A DNA stretch of 20,000 bases from Vicugna vicugna (taxonomy: Eukaryota): contig MU058748.1 of NCBI GenBank assembly GCA_013265495.1, forward strand, positions 305,381 through 325,380, given 5' to 3'. The stretch's first letter is position 1. Each line of letters opens with the position of its first letter. The notes below the pieces were generated by a model, which saw only the letters and a program-made list of their open reading frames with translations, had not been told where the DNA came from and ran no database searches. Made by a program: the position numbers and the translations under genes. Of this stretch, positions 1 through 12,287 are shown piece after piece.

Positions 1-1860
1 GTTTTTTTGTGTTGTGTTCTGAATAATATCGTCATATTTATTCTCCAGTTAACTATTTCTTTAATTAAAATCTAGTACTTAAAACATGTATTGAATTTAA
101 ATTTATTGCATTTTTTTACTTCTAGAAGTTTTATTTAATTTTCAAGTGGCATTGTTTTGTAGTCCCTTCATGCCCATGTTACTGAGATTATATATCTATA
201 TCTAATATCAAACATTATTTTCCAAATTGTATGTTTTATAATTGCAGCATTTGAAGCCTCTTGAGGTCTGACTTTTACATATATATTTTTATTCTGGGTC
301 TCACTATAGTGTCTTTGGTTCTTGGATCCTTAGAGGTTGTCTACCTTGAAATGTTTATTTTTCTTAGAACTGCACTTGTGGAAATCCCTTGCCTGGATTG
401 AAACTGTACTGCACCAGAGAGGAATTGTGATTCTTTTTGCAACGTGTAGGTGGTCATAATGACTTCTAACCACTACGACTTACATTCTATTTTAAAAAAA
501 TGTTCAGGCCATACTGAAAATTAGAAATCCATCCTGCAACATATGAAATAGTCAGGATACAAGTTCAGTTTCTAGCAAACATCTTCTTTTCTCCTCTTCC
601 AGGTGCCCAGTCTGAGTAAGGTGTCTTTCTTTAAGTTTCTTTATATTTGTTCTGTAGTTTCATCAAAATGCATCCAGTTGCAGATTTTGCTATTATTTCT
701 CTTCACCAGGACTCAGTGTCTTGAGTCTGGAAAATCATGTATTTACTTAAGCAACTTTGTCAGATACTATACTTTTAAATATTTTCTCTCTTGATTCTCT
801 CTCTTCTATTTTTGTATTTTTTACTTAAGTCTTCTAATTTTGTCTTTTCTGAGCCTCTTTTTTTCATATTTTCCATGTTTTTCTGCATTGAATTCTGGGT
901 GATACCTTCATGTCTACCTCCCAGGTTATTTTCTTCTCTTCAGTTTTGTCTCATCTGCTCTTTGGCTTATCCATGGAGATTTCAATTTTCATTAATCTTT
1001 CCAGATTTCTAGCATTCCTTTTTTTTTAAATCTGATTTTTTAAAATTCTGAAATGAACTATATTTTCATTGTCTTTTATTCCTTTTAAAGGTTTATTTAC
1101 TTATTTTAACATATTTCATTTGTTGTCTCTTTCAGATTATTTTGTTCTTTGGCGTCACTAGGATGTCATGTCTCGTGCATATAGGGCTCACTGATACTCC
1201 CCCGTGTGGGCTTTAGTTGTGAACCTGTGTTGCTTCAAGGGGCAAATTTTTCCTGTGGTAGATAAATGACTTTATTATAAAAATGTAGTCCAGCAGAATG
1301 GTTTTTATTTTGCTTCGTCAGTGCCAAGGGGATTCAATTGTCCTTGTCCGATTGTTATTTTATGTTCTCAATTTGAAACTCCTGTAACTACCCAATATCT
1401 GTACATGCTGCAGGTCAATGCTTCTGATTCTTCACTCAAGACTTCATCATATAGGTGACAATTATTTCTTACTATTGCCCACAGCTAGTGAGTCAGATAT
1501 CCTCCCTTCTCTTACCTTATCAGAAAGAGTAGTTCTTAGAAGTCTGGAGCCTAATTCTAGTGACCTTGCTTTTTATCATTCAAAAGACATCTCTTTAGTT
1601 TCTTCATGGTTGCTGGAGACCAACCGCTTGTGCGTTCACCTCAGTATAAAGGTTTCTCTCCCCATCCTCATCTTTCTGTGAGTATTCTTTACACTTTTAT
1701 CAACTGAGAATTTTCTGTTCTCTTCTTTTTTTTCCCCTTTTAAGCTGGGCTTTGCATATAAAAATAATTCTTATTGCTGTATTTTAACAGCCACTTCTGA
1801 GTGATTCTAGTAGGAGAGAGGTCTGTCCAAAAAGCTTGCTCAGCTCTTTATGTTGGAGCA
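1..1860 (-). mobile_element. Old, highly diverged LINE-1 5'/ORF1-region fragments (L1M/HAL1-like), probably at least two pieces
   Basis: Strongly T-rich plus strand with blocks typical of antisense old L1 ORF1 regions (e.g. ttctagaagttttattt ~120; gaattctgggtgataccttcatgtctacctcccaggttattttc...ctcatctgctc ~890-960). Boundaries approximate. Confidence 0.6.
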
Positions 1861-2424
1861 CTCCAGTTTGACATTTTGAAGAGCTTTAAGCTACAATTAT
1901 TGAAAACTTTTAAAAAGTGCATTGTTGATTAAAGTTGCATTGATAAGAAATAATCTTAAAGAGAGCAGAGAAACAAGAACTGTTGAATCTTTCACATTTT
2001 GGAGCAGTTCAGATAATTAAAAGAGTAAGGTAGACATAAGAAAGAAAATGGCCACTATAGGGGAAAATGCCTATAAGAACCTGTAAACCTCTTAATTTCT
2101 TTGATATAGAAAATACATTTGTGGTTAAATTTAGGGGAAAAAAATAGATGAACTAAAATGTAAACTTACTGTGACAAATTTCTATTCCAAAGACTTACTT
2201 GAAAATTAGATTATTTAATATTAAATCATCTTTTGAAATGTATATTGCCATGGGATTTGGTTACGGATATAGGATTGAGTTTGTAGAATAGAATAGCCTG
2301 AAGGGAGAACACAGTGCACTTGGAAAACTGAATGGGGAAGAAGAGAAAAGAACATTTTAAAAAGACAATAATAATGTAATCATATAACAATATTTGTTAC
2401 GATTTTTGAATCATTGCTTTGTGG

Positions 2425-2597
2425 CTAGTGAGGTTAAGTGCTTTATGTATATTAACATATTTAATCATAACTCTATGAGTTAACTCTTAAATGTTCCTAC
2501 TTTATGGATAATGAAATTAAGGCTCAGTTTCCTCCCCCACTACCTGCCCAGGTTCCCAACTAGTTGACATGGAGCCAGTACTTGGTTAAGATCTTGA
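2425..2597 (-). mobile_element. MIR SINE
   Basis: taagtgctttatgtatattaacatatttaatc...actctatgag...tttatggataatgaaattaaggctcag...cctgcccaggttcccaactagt resembles the reverse complement of the MIR core. Confidence 0.8.
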
Positions 2598-2799
2598 TAA
2601 GCACAGTTGTGAGTAGGTATTAGTGCCATGAGCAAAACTAGTCCAGTTTTGTGGAAGAGCTGGTTTATACAGTAAAGAGGATCAATTATGTCTAGAAACA
2701 CAGACTTAGAAGCTAGTAGGATACGTAAGTTTGAGTCTAGAGCTTGGGGCAAAGCTGCTTGTGAGAATGACACTTATGAGTAATAATCAGAACAATATT

Positions 2800-3050
2800 A
2801 ACAATTAATTTATTGAGTATTAACTATATTGCAGGTACTATGATAAGGAATTTAACACATATATGTTCTCATTTTCAATTTAAAATAGCATTATGGAAAA
2901 CATATTATTGTTCCTATATTAGAGAAAAGGAAACTGAGCCTTAAGAATAAGTAATTTGCTCAAAGAACAGTGCCAAAAATTAGAAAAGGGAGTTAGAATC
3001 CTCTGTATTTGACTTGAAAGCGTGCTCTTAGTCCCTTCATATAATCTGCC
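2800..3050 (-). mobile_element. MIR SINE, near full length
   Basis: atttattgagtattaactatattgcaggtact...aaggaaactgagccttaagaataagtaatttgctcaaag...cgtgctcttagtc follows the antisense MIR consensus from end to end. Confidence 0.85.
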
Positions 3051-4881
3051 TCTATTTGCATAGATCCCAAAACAAAAATAGGCTCCACCCACAAGTGGAC
3101 TTAGTAAAGGTTGTGAAAACTTCAGACATGATTGATTTTTTAAAGCGTTAATTGGAAGCAATAACAATTCTGATGAACATTCTTAATATTCTGCAACTGA
3201 TTGAAAATTCACCATGCTCTCTCAGAAAATATTAGGAACTAGAATTTGGCAATTCTAGAGATTTTATTTATAGATGTTAAGATTTGTGCCATTTACAATG
3301 TTCTGAAAATAATTTCTATGTAATTCTAGACTTAAAATAATAAGTAATTAAAGTTATCAGTGTCTTAATTATGTCATGCCAAGATACGAGTTTACTCAGA
3401 AAGTAATTCCAGTGGGTTTGAGAATGGGTGCTCTAGTTGGTATTTAGTTTTAAGGTTTTTTTAATCACCTGGGCCAATATTGTTAATTTAGTTTCATGTT
3501 CATTTGTGTATATACTCTACTTCCTTAATTTTAAATATATAGAAAATGGAAAACTCTGAATCATGTAGTATTTTCAGAGAACAATTTTAGATCTAACTTT
3601 TCTGTGACTCCTGTTGTTGATAATCATTTGGCATTTCTGTGGAAATATTGCAGAGTTCATTACTACTGGGAAGTATTGTATGTGCAGATCAAGATTTTTT
3701 ACTTTTCTGCAAATCAGTGTAATCACAAGCATAGTTTAGGACCAAATACATCAATGGCGGGGGCTGTGATGAGTGCAGAATAAAAAATAATACCATGCCA
3801 CATTATCACCCTAATGTAGTTGTGCCTGGGAGATGGGAGAACTAATCTGAGAGAAAGGAGACCGAAGATAGAGCACAGGTGAGACTATTCATTAGCTAAA
3901 TAACTTTGACCTATCATCTTTGAAAATACCTTTCAATAAGGCTTTTTCTTCTATAGCATGTGAATTAATACCGTATAGCTTTTAAATTATATCTAACAAA
4001 TTCTGCTTTATTTCCTGATTGTTTCATTTTATACATTTGTATTTATAAACATTTTGCAAAACTCCTGAAATTCTCCATGAATAGAACAGTTTTATAATGT
4101 AATCTAAGAAAAATAGCAATTTCTAGTTGTGGCTAGCCTGGCTTTAGAAATTCAGGTAAATTCTCCTATATTGTCAGACATTATCTTCTATTAAAAGAAA
4201 AAATTATACGTACTTCACAAATTATGCACATGTACATGCTAACAAGATTAATTATTAGTCTGGAAGTTAGACTACTGTTTCTGGTCTTTAAACAGAAGGC
4301 ATATTAAATATGCTGTGGTTACAAATGAACAAAATATATAGGTGCATCAATTTTATAAATACATACAATGAGTCACCAGGTATTTATAGTGAATGTTTCT
4401 TGATGCTTGATATTTTATCCAATTATTTTAATTCATTGAAAAACAATATTTAGCAATACAGTAATTTTACTCTGAATGTCATCATTGTGCAAAATATTAA
4501 AAATCTTCTATTTTAATATAGAATTTCTCCTCTGTAATTTCTGTAAATAATTTTCAAGAGACACATTATAGAAACTCAATAAACTTGAGTGGGGAAAACA
4601 TAACAGCTATTTAAGATAAGAATCTATGGGGGGGGCAGTTAGGTTCTGTTTGCTGTGCTTTATTTAAGAACTAAACAGTTTTTTTCCAAATGTAATACTG
4701 AGTTTTTAATCTATTGGGAGTGACTGTACTTAGAGTGCAGTTTAAAAAAACTACAATTACTTGAGATTTTCTTCTTCCTCTGGGAACTCTGGAAGATATA
4801 AAGTGATTGAAGTCATGGTGGCAAAGCCAGGAAATGGGGGATAGGAAGAAATAGCTACAAACTGTTAGCTCAGTCAGTTAC

Positions 4882-5022
4882 CTGGAATTTTCTCCCATCA
4901 TGGTGAGGGCCAGTTTCAGGAGAACTCTCTCTTATCTCAATTATCTTCTCTTGCCAATTATTATTTTCTTCTTCCCCACTAGTTTTTACCCTCTGTCCCA
5001 CGATAATCACTGAATTAGGTCT
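4882..5022 (-). other. Candidate spliced exon (141 nt, phase 0-0)
   Basis: Minus strand: ttcctttccttttctacatttttctctaatag|AGACC...TTCCAG|gtaact. Purine-rich with GAAGAA motifs. Frame 0 is open across the exon (RPNSVIIVGQRVKTSGEEENNNWQEKIIEIRESSPETGPHHDGRKFQ); protein not recognised. Confidence 0.35.
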
Positions 5023-5149
5023 CTATTAGAGAAAAATGTAGAAAAGGAAAGGAAGCTATAATACATAGCATTTCAGAAAGAGGCTTTTCCCAGGGTGAGC
5101 ACAGACAGTAACATGCTGTCTATCACATCAAAATATGAATTCCTACACA

Positions 5150-5390
5150 CAGCCAGGTGGTTAAGAACCTAGGAAATGATTAGTGACAGAATACACCTGG
5201 ATTCAGATCTGTATCTGCTACAAACTGGTAGTACATCATTAATTCAGTAGTTTAAATTAAATAAGCCTCCATTTCTTCTAATCTAACTGGAAGATGATAT
5301 TCCTAATTTGTGAAAATGATGTAGAGATAACACGAGATTATGTCCTGGGTACTTAGCACAACACTTGGACAGAGTATTTACCTACGACTG
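5150..5390 (+). mobile_element. MIR SINE
   Basis: gtggttaagaac...cctggattcagatctgtatctgctac...aagcctccatttcttctaatctaactggaagatgatatt...tacttagcacaacacttggacagagta resembles the MIR consensus. Confidence 0.75.
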
Positions 5391-5445
5391 GTAAAGGCAA
5401 GTGTAAATGTCATTATCAACTGTATTCTAAAAAAATGTACATTGT

Positions 5446-5460
5446 AAAAAAAAAAAAAAA
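5446..5460. repeat. A15 homopolymer
   Basis: Directly visible. Confidence 0.95.
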
Positions 5461-5464
5461 GTCT

Positions 5465-5700
5465 CCAAGTGATTGATCTCCCTTTTCCCTGTTCCCTACA
5501 CTGTCTACCTCCCACATTGAAAGTCATTTCTTTGTATATAGAACACCAGCAGTGTATTTTTATGGGTATATATTATTTATTTCACTCAAATTCAATGATA
5601 TGACATATTTTTCAACATAATTGGTCCAATTTTATCCAGGTCCCTTAAATTTAATTAGCCAGCATAAATTATTCCATAAAACTGCCTATATAAACACAAT
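5465..5700 (-). mobile_element. Old L1 (L1ME-like) 3' end fragment
   Basis: tatttcactcaa...atatgacatatttttc...agcataaattattccataaaactg resembles antisense old L1 3' UTR; very diverged. Confidence 0.4.
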
Positions 5701-6199
5701 AGTCTCAGGTATAACATTTTATAGCAGGATGTACAGTGTAATAAATCAACATATAGTAAATAACCTAAAGAAATATATAAAGAGAGATCCATTTATAACT
5801 TGGTCAACACCACTTGGAAGTTTCTATCTACCTATTAATTCAAAGACTAATTGCTCACACGTTAGAGAGCAAAGAGGTCACCTTCAAAACTTTTAGAAAA
5901 TGGAACCTTGTATTTTTACTGTTGTATGTTTTAAGCATCTATTCTGCCCCCCCAGGGGGAAACCTTTTGACAGAATCATCTATTAAGATGTCAGTTCTAC
6001 AGAGTTTAGCTTCTAAATGGTTTTCTAAGCAGAGATTGATTTGAAGTTTTGGATTTCTAAAGACTAAAAACAACCTGTATTTTCGTTAATTCCCCACTTA
6101 TCAAGCCTCTCAACCCAGAGCTGTAGTAAAGAAGGGACCTCCTATAGTGGAAAAGGGGCTGTTTGCATGGTATTCAAAATTCATGATTTGTAATGGTTT

Positions 6200-6293
6200 G
6201 AGATCAAGTTCTGTGAAGGCAGGAGTTTTATCCCTTTTGTTCTCTGATGCAGCCCCCACCACTTGTCAGTATTCAATAAACATCTGTTGAATT
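6200..6293 (+). mobile_element. L2 LINE 3' end
   Basis: aagttctgtgaaggcaggagttttatcccttttgttctctgatgcagcccc...tattcaataaacatctgttgaat matches the L2 3' terminus, with an internal deletion. Confidence 0.8.
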
Positions 6294-7215
6294 ATTTTAT
6301 TATTTGTATAAATAATTTTTAATTGTTCTTGCTTTTTTGTGGACTCGGGTATACTTCTTACTCTGCTATTATTTTATGCCAAAAATAGTGATAATGAATT
6401 TAAGAAATGTAGTTCCTGGATGTTGGACTATAGCTCTGTGTAAACTACAGCATAGGAGCCCATACTGATTCTTTTTAAATATTTCCACTCCACATTTATT
6501 AGAACAATCAAAATCTATGATAACAAAATCACAATAAAAGTGTCATGAGGAACTCATATCTTGCCTTTTTTAAAAAAACAGAGGCCCCCAGTAGGCTACA
6601 CCTATTACACAGTGTATATACCATCATGTGGGAGCCATTTATACAGTGAGAAGCTCTCACTTTCTTCATATATGAGGGTGGATCCCTGCCTCTCTTTCTT
6701 AATAGACAATGCAGAATATTTTCTTTCTTTTTTTTAATAAAATGTTTTGCTTATTTTTATTACTGGTACATTGGATTCATGTGACATTTCTTATCTTCAC
6801 AACAGAAAGAAACACCAGGATGTAGGAGTTAAATAGCTAGCTGGCAAAGCAAAGTTAATAGCTTCCTTTGATTTTTTTTCTTTGATATGACGCAAATGGG
6901 TTTTTATACTAAAGGCTTATTTACAATAATCTCCTTTCAGCAGCTTGCCCTGGAGCAACATGAGATCACAATTAATACAAAAGTTTACTGTAATACTGCC
7001 TCACTGCGGATGAAATTCGCCAGCCCTGTATTACAACCTCTCTCAATAGAGTGTTGCTCCCTAGATCCACAGCATGTAAAATCAGAAGCCTTTTGCATTT
7101 GTGCAGAGACCTGCTTTAGCAGAGTGGAATGATTCATTGGTGTATCATCAAATGTCACCTAATATATTGCACACATAAATATTAAAAAAGACCATTCTCA
7201 CATAGAAGAATGAAC

Positions 7216-7242
7216 GTTTTAGTTTTGTTTTGTTTTGTTTTT
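7216..7242. repeat. (GTTTT)n simple repeat
   Basis: gttttagttttgttttgttttgttttt. Confidence 0.9.
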
Positions 7243-7264
7243 ACTGTTGAAACTATATTGGCAG

Positions 7265-7345
7265 ACATCTAGTCCATATTTCTCATTTCAGAGACTCAGA
7301 GTGAGTTAGCCACGGTTTGGGCTGGAGCCTAGGTGTTCTCCAGCT
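7265..7345 (-). mobile_element. Degraded MIR-family fragment
   Basis: catctagtcca...ctcatttcagagactcagag...ggctggagcctaggtgttct loosely resembles antisense MIR3/MIRc. Confidence 0.4.
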
Positions 7346-7574
7346 TTCTTTTGCTACATAGAATAGAGAATCCCACATGATAATCCAGAACACATTTCTA
7401 CTAAGCCTTTCTTTGTGACCCTATAATTTATCAGGCTGCTTGATAATCAGTTTTCAAGAATCTGCTCGGTATCCCACCATTTCCAAGAAGCTCTACTTCA
7501 TGAACATTCTAATAAAGTGAGATTGTTATCCTTTTCATAAATATTCAAGAATGCTGGATAGATCCTGACTAATG

Positions 7575-7675
7575 CATTTGGTTAAGTGCCTTCTGTAAAC
7601 ATTTATGGTGTACTAATAGATGCCAAGTGCTGTGACGGACAGGAAGGATAGAAATATAAATAAGCTGTAATTGCC
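7575..7675 (-). mobile_element. L2 LINE 3' end fragment
   Basis: aaacatttatggtgtactaatagatgccaagtgctgtg...aaggatagaaatataaataag resembles the antisense L2 3' end. Confidence 0.6.
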
Positions 7676-8179
7676 GATCACTGTACTGAAGATACTAGAG
7701 GTTTAGTAGTTACTGCTGTATAGGAGCTTCTCAGAACACAGAACTGCAGAACTCCCTGCTTTAAGGGCATCCCTTATCAAGCTGATGGATTCAGACTTAA
7801 TAACTATCTTGACACTCTTCCGTTCTTAGGACGGAAAAAATTGAGAGAAGCTGGTCCCATCAGGAAGTTTTAAAAGCAAAATAGACTTCAACATGGATTA
7901 TTGAATTTTATGTTACTAAGAAATATATTGTGAAACCTAACAGAACTGATTTTTATTCAACAATGTGCTAATAATCTCCTCAAGTCACCTTCTCTGGAAG
8001 GCAACTTTTATAACACACCATAAAGTAATACTTTTGCAATATTATATTGAATCTGAATTGCACACATCACAAACCTCTGGCTATATTTAAGTGGATTTAT
8101 GTAAACTAATGGGCTACTCATTTCAGATTCAATGGTTAATTTCCAATTTTCCAGTACATGCTGTGAAGAACAGGTGTAA

Positions 8180-8204
8180 TGTGTGTGTTGTGTGTGTGTG
8201 TGTG
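8180..8204. repeat. Interrupted (TG)n microsatellite
   Basis: tgtgtgtgttgtgtgtgtgtgtgtg. Confidence 0.9.
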
Positions 8205-8489
8205 GCTGTGCATCTTTTTAATTCCTTCATATCTTTGAAAACTAAAACATACCTTTGAAAAACTAACATATATTTTCTTTGTTGGTAATTTAACCAGTTC
8301 ACAGTCAAAATTCCTGAATATCAAGCTAACCTGGGTTGGATTACAAATAGGTTAAAATTAACAATGGTATTTTATAAGAAGAAGAAGGGTTTTAATAGTC
8401 ATTTTTTTTCTAGAGGGTCAAATTCATTTCATATCACCTTCCATGTATGTATAATATTTATTCAAAAATACTTGTAAATGAATGGAACA

Positions 8490-9105
8490 ATTACAGAAAT
8501 GTGTTAGAACCTATTATGTGGCAGACACATGTTGGGGACATGAACGTGAACAAGATAGGAACATCTCCTACTTCTGAGGTGTTAACCTGCTGGTGGAAGA
8601 GGCTGATTTATAAATAAATAAATGGAATAATTACAGAGGGTTAATGTGATAAAAATAGATAGGAATTTTAAAGTAAATAATGAGACGCATTTAAAGGGGG
8701 CTAAGTTCTCTTAGAAGGCGTTTAAGCTAAATCCCGAAAGGGAAAATGGATGTACCCATGGCCGGAAGGAAGCAAGAAAACACACTTCAGGCATGGAAAG
8801 ACATGTGAGCAAGCCCTTGAGGTAGGAAGGGAATGCAGGAAGTGGAGTAAATGGTCGGCGTGGAGAAAGAGCAAGAGAGTCACAGATGGGCTGACTAGGC
8901 AGGTAGTGCAGAGATCAACGGGGGCCGTTCAAGTCAAGCGAATGGGTTAGGATCATGTCTCGTAAGGGAAGCAACTCTAGGATTTGAAGCTGAAGTGAGA
9001 CACGGCCCAGCTTACCTCTTTTACAAGATCACTTTCCCATGAAGTAAATGGACGGGAAGGGAGAAGGGGCAGAGAGACTACTGGGAAACTTGTCATGGTC
9101 TGACT
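8490..9105 (-). mobile_element. L2 LINE (L2a-like) 3' portion
   Basis: acctattatgtggcagacac...ggggacatgaacgtgaacaagat...caggcatggaaagacatgtgagcaagcccttgaggtaggaaggg...gggaagcaactctaggatttgaagc...ttttacaagatcactt: ordered blocks of the antisense L2 consensus. Confidence 0.85.
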
Positions 9106-9637
9106 TGCTTTACTCCATAGATTTTCTACTACTACTTCTATTGTAATTGTCCCTTGAGTCATAGATTACATCTTTATCCTTGCTGAGTAATTTTTCTGGC
9201 CCCTGAAAAACAGGGACTTTAGTACAAGCACTATGTCAGATGATGCATCTTCTAACTTTCTCTTCATGGACAAGGGGATATTGCATAGCCTGAATATATT
9301 AAAATCAAGATTTGGAAGAAATAGTTCAAAGAGCAGCTATTTTAAGAGATGTTTAAATTACAACTACTGGATTTTACCCAGAACATTGAAATATGGCTGA
9401 GTTGTAATATTCTTATAACATTAAAATATACTGGCTCTTTTAGCTTCTTTCTTCAAGCTAAGCAGTTTTTGTCTTAGACTATTGTTTATGGTCCCATCTG
9501 TATTGCTTTGTGACTCACATTCAAGTTGCTGGGATGAAAAAGAGTAACTATATTGCTTTCCGTGTAAACTGACTTCCAAATAAAGCATGACCACAAGTTC
9601 AAAATAGCTGGAACTGGTATTCTCACATTTTGCTTAC

Positions 9638-9725
9638 CTTTGTAACTGTAATCCAATCCTGTATAAATATCCATAGACATCTTTAGCAATGTAACTTTGC
9701 TAAAACTCTCAGAAATGGAGGATTG
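9638..9725 (-). other. Candidate spliced exon (88 nt)
   Basis: Minus strand: branch-like ctaac + tttcttttaaacag|CAATCC...TACAAAG|gtaagc. Both splice sites are near consensus and lie in non-repeat DNA. Confidence 0.4.
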
Positions 9726-10839
9726 CTGTTTAAAAGAAAGTTAGATAGAATTACAACTCAGCCTTTTGGGAATAGCTGTTTTCTGCTATCACTAAGGGAA
9801 GTAGGAATCAGTGATTTTTAGTCTCTGTGAGGCATGGGGACAGGAAGGCAGAAACAATGCAAGAGCTAAGATAAAAGTAGATGTGAGGTATCTTAATTTT
9901 CTATTTTCTATTTTGAACAAATTATTTTCCTGGCCTGATGGTTTAGTGTTCTGATCTCCAGACAGGGAAACGCTCCCCAATACAGTATTTTATAGATAAG
10001 TCACTTTCCCGTTCAGGATAGTGGGATTCATGGTAGGTAAAAAGTTCAGCGACTCCTAGTGGTCTCTGTCCAACAGCTGTCATTCCCTTGCCATCTCCAA
10101 GCCAGAAGGCAGAGGAGTGGAAATGGTTTCAGGCTATCATCTGAGGAGAATGGAGTCAGTGCCCACTAGAGTATACCTATCTTAAATACTTTTTACTTTG
10201 GTCTTTCCACTCCTGAGCCCTGTGCCAGAGGGTTACTTGTTACAAGGACACCTATATCGAAATCAAGTGTCCATGAGAGAATCTCACGGCTTATTTCTTT
10301 TGAAATTCTATCAGATTAATTAGACAATCAATATAATCTTCTCCTACAAGAGGTGCAATACTGAGTATCTTGAGGTTTCCTTAAATCTACGATGTCTCTG
10401 TTAAACGGCAACTTCTCTTACCCTCACTTGTTTTCTTACTTACTTCCAGGTTTCCTGATTCATTGAATTGGTAGACTCCCCAAAACTCTGCCATCCTGTG
10501 AATGCTCTATTATAATAGTTTCTACCGCCACTGCCTTCATTTTCAAAACATACTTCCTGAGGACGGTACTCTTCAAAGGGGAATAGGTCGATTTGTGTCC
10601 TTATCAAATGCATCCCCTCGTTACCTAGAAATTTCAGATTCAGAATAAATGCAGAAAGTTAGGTACTCTTAGGAACTGTAAAGGGAGAAAAAGTATTTTA
10701 CCTCAAAACCCAGTAGTGTGGTAAAATATTTTAGTTAGTACAACACTTGCAGTTCTATTCTAGGAAATTGGGAAATAAGACAATCAAAGTTGAGGCAGTG
10801 ATCTTTAAACTTTCAGGTGGGCAAGCTCAGTGGTAATAG

Positions 10840-11409
10840 TGTTATAGGGAAAAGGGGAATAAAAGTTACCTTGGCTTTTAGTCACCCAACAAAAAAAATT
10901 TTTAACGAGAGACAGAAAGCGTGATATAAACAAGTTTTTATTAGTAAAGGAGAAAGGTAGTAAAATAAAGTACACTCCTGAGAATTGGGAGCGGGCCAAT
11001 CCAGGAGAGAAGAAATGGCGCCGCTCCTTTGTTTTTCCTGATATTTTTTATATCCTGGCTTAGGGGTGTTTTGTGACTGATTGATTTATGGATCAGTTCC
11101 CTGTACTCAGGTACACCCATCCCTTTTGTGCAGGTTCTTACCCATGATGCACACAGAGAAACCTGCGGAAGGGGCTCAAACTGCATTGTTAACTGCATTA
11201 TAATGAGCACTGGCTCTGGTTAAGCCGGTTCCTTCTCTCTGTTGAGCAGCTGCAGCGGTCCATCCTAGCCAGCTTCCTTCCTGCCCCTCATTTAGAGAAA
11301 GTAAAAGTATTTGGAGCCCCTTATCCTGAGTGCAGATGTACTGTTATTTTCTGGGTTGCTCCCTCCCCCTCCCCTTACCTGGTGCTCATTTCTATCTAAC
11401 TGCCTAACA
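10840..11409 (-). mobile_element. ERV1-class solo LTR (570 bp)
   Basis: TGTTA...TAACA termini; 4-bp TSD ATAG (10836-10839 / 11410-11413); minus-strand TATAAAA (11052-11046) and AATAAA (10942-10937). Confidence 0.92.
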
Positions 11410-11569
11410 ATAGAGTAAGCAGTCCAGATTTGATGCTTTTGATCTAATTTCATACACCTTCCTTCCAACCTGTTTTGACTGACTCTAAGGTTTTAAGCTT
11501 TCTCCCACAAGTCTTCTGGACCAAACAAACAAAAACATTGCTTTCAACCCTATATACACTATAATGGCA

Positions 11570-11770
11570 TAATAATTCTGAACTAGTTAGTAAAAGATTG
11601 GAGCTCTGATTTGCACTCAGCTACTCAGTTGTTTGAGCTAGTTTCAGTCATTTTGTGTGACTTGGCTTCAGTGTTCATCTATAAAATAGCATTGTTACAG
11701 ATTACCTGCTGCAGCCCAGAGTACTAACCTACTTGGAAATGTGTGAAAATTCTTTATATTTGTACATTGT
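11570..11770 (+). mobile_element. Degraded MIR-family SINE
   Basis: cagctactcagttg...cagtcatttt...ggcttcagtgttcatctataaaatag...aatgtgtgaaaattcttt resembles the MIR core. Confidence 0.55.
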
Positions 11771-11976
11771 AAGGTTCTCATATCTCTTACTTGATGATTA
11801 CAGAATGCTGAAATCAAATCCTAATATACAGTGTGGCACAGACCTTGAACTATATCCCTCAGATAGAGCGTATTTTCGTAATAACTCAATATATAGATTG
11901 TTTTGAAGGCTTATAAAACCAGAGTGTTTGAGCCATGGTATTCCAGAAATGAGTTAAGCTGCCTGTGAAAAGTTAC

Positions 11977-12087
11977 CTGTAACAGTCCCCTGCTTCAGCG
12001 TTCCATCCGGAGTAAAGAGGTAACTAATGGTTAAGCTGGCTTCTCTCTGAAACAGCCACTCTAAGCTGTCTCTTTGCCAATGTGCAA
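11977..12087 (-). other. Candidate spliced exon (111 nt, symmetric phase 1-1)
   Basis: Minus strand: cctaac...gccttttatgcag|TTGCAC...TTACAG|gtaact; one frame open (AHWQRDSLEWLFQREASLTISYLFTPDGTLKQGTVT). Confidence 0.3.
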
Positions 12088-12287
12088 CTGCATAAAAGGC
12101 ATTGTGTTAGGAAATGTTGGAAATAGAAGAATGAGCCCAAACTTGTGGCTAAATGACTAGCTCATGACCCATCAGCTGAATTAGGTCTACTTGGTTTCAG
12201 AATTAAAATCGTAACCTTTGCCTCAAATCATGAATTTGAGGTGGATATCACCCAGAGGCAGAGATGAAATGTTTTAGAATCACTTAC

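Noticed and set aside
603..1681. Hydrophobic Leu/Phe-rich ORFs in the ORF track
   Set aside because: By-products of T-rich antisense L1 sequence
3765..3851. GTGATGA ... CTGA spacing resembling a C/D box snoRNA
   Set aside because: No terminal stem and no recognisable antisense element; such short motifs occur by chance
7818..7836. Small hairpin TTCCGTTC-tta-GGACGGAA followed by an A-run, terminator-like
   Set aside because: Mammalian context and short enough to arise by chance
8233..8270. About 20-bp imperfect tandem repeat (ctttgaaaactaaaacata x2)
   Set aside because: Ordinary local slippage in AT-rich DNA
10450..10565. Strong plus-strand acceptor (ctcac...ttacttccag|G)
   Set aside because: No convincing donor or reading frame follows
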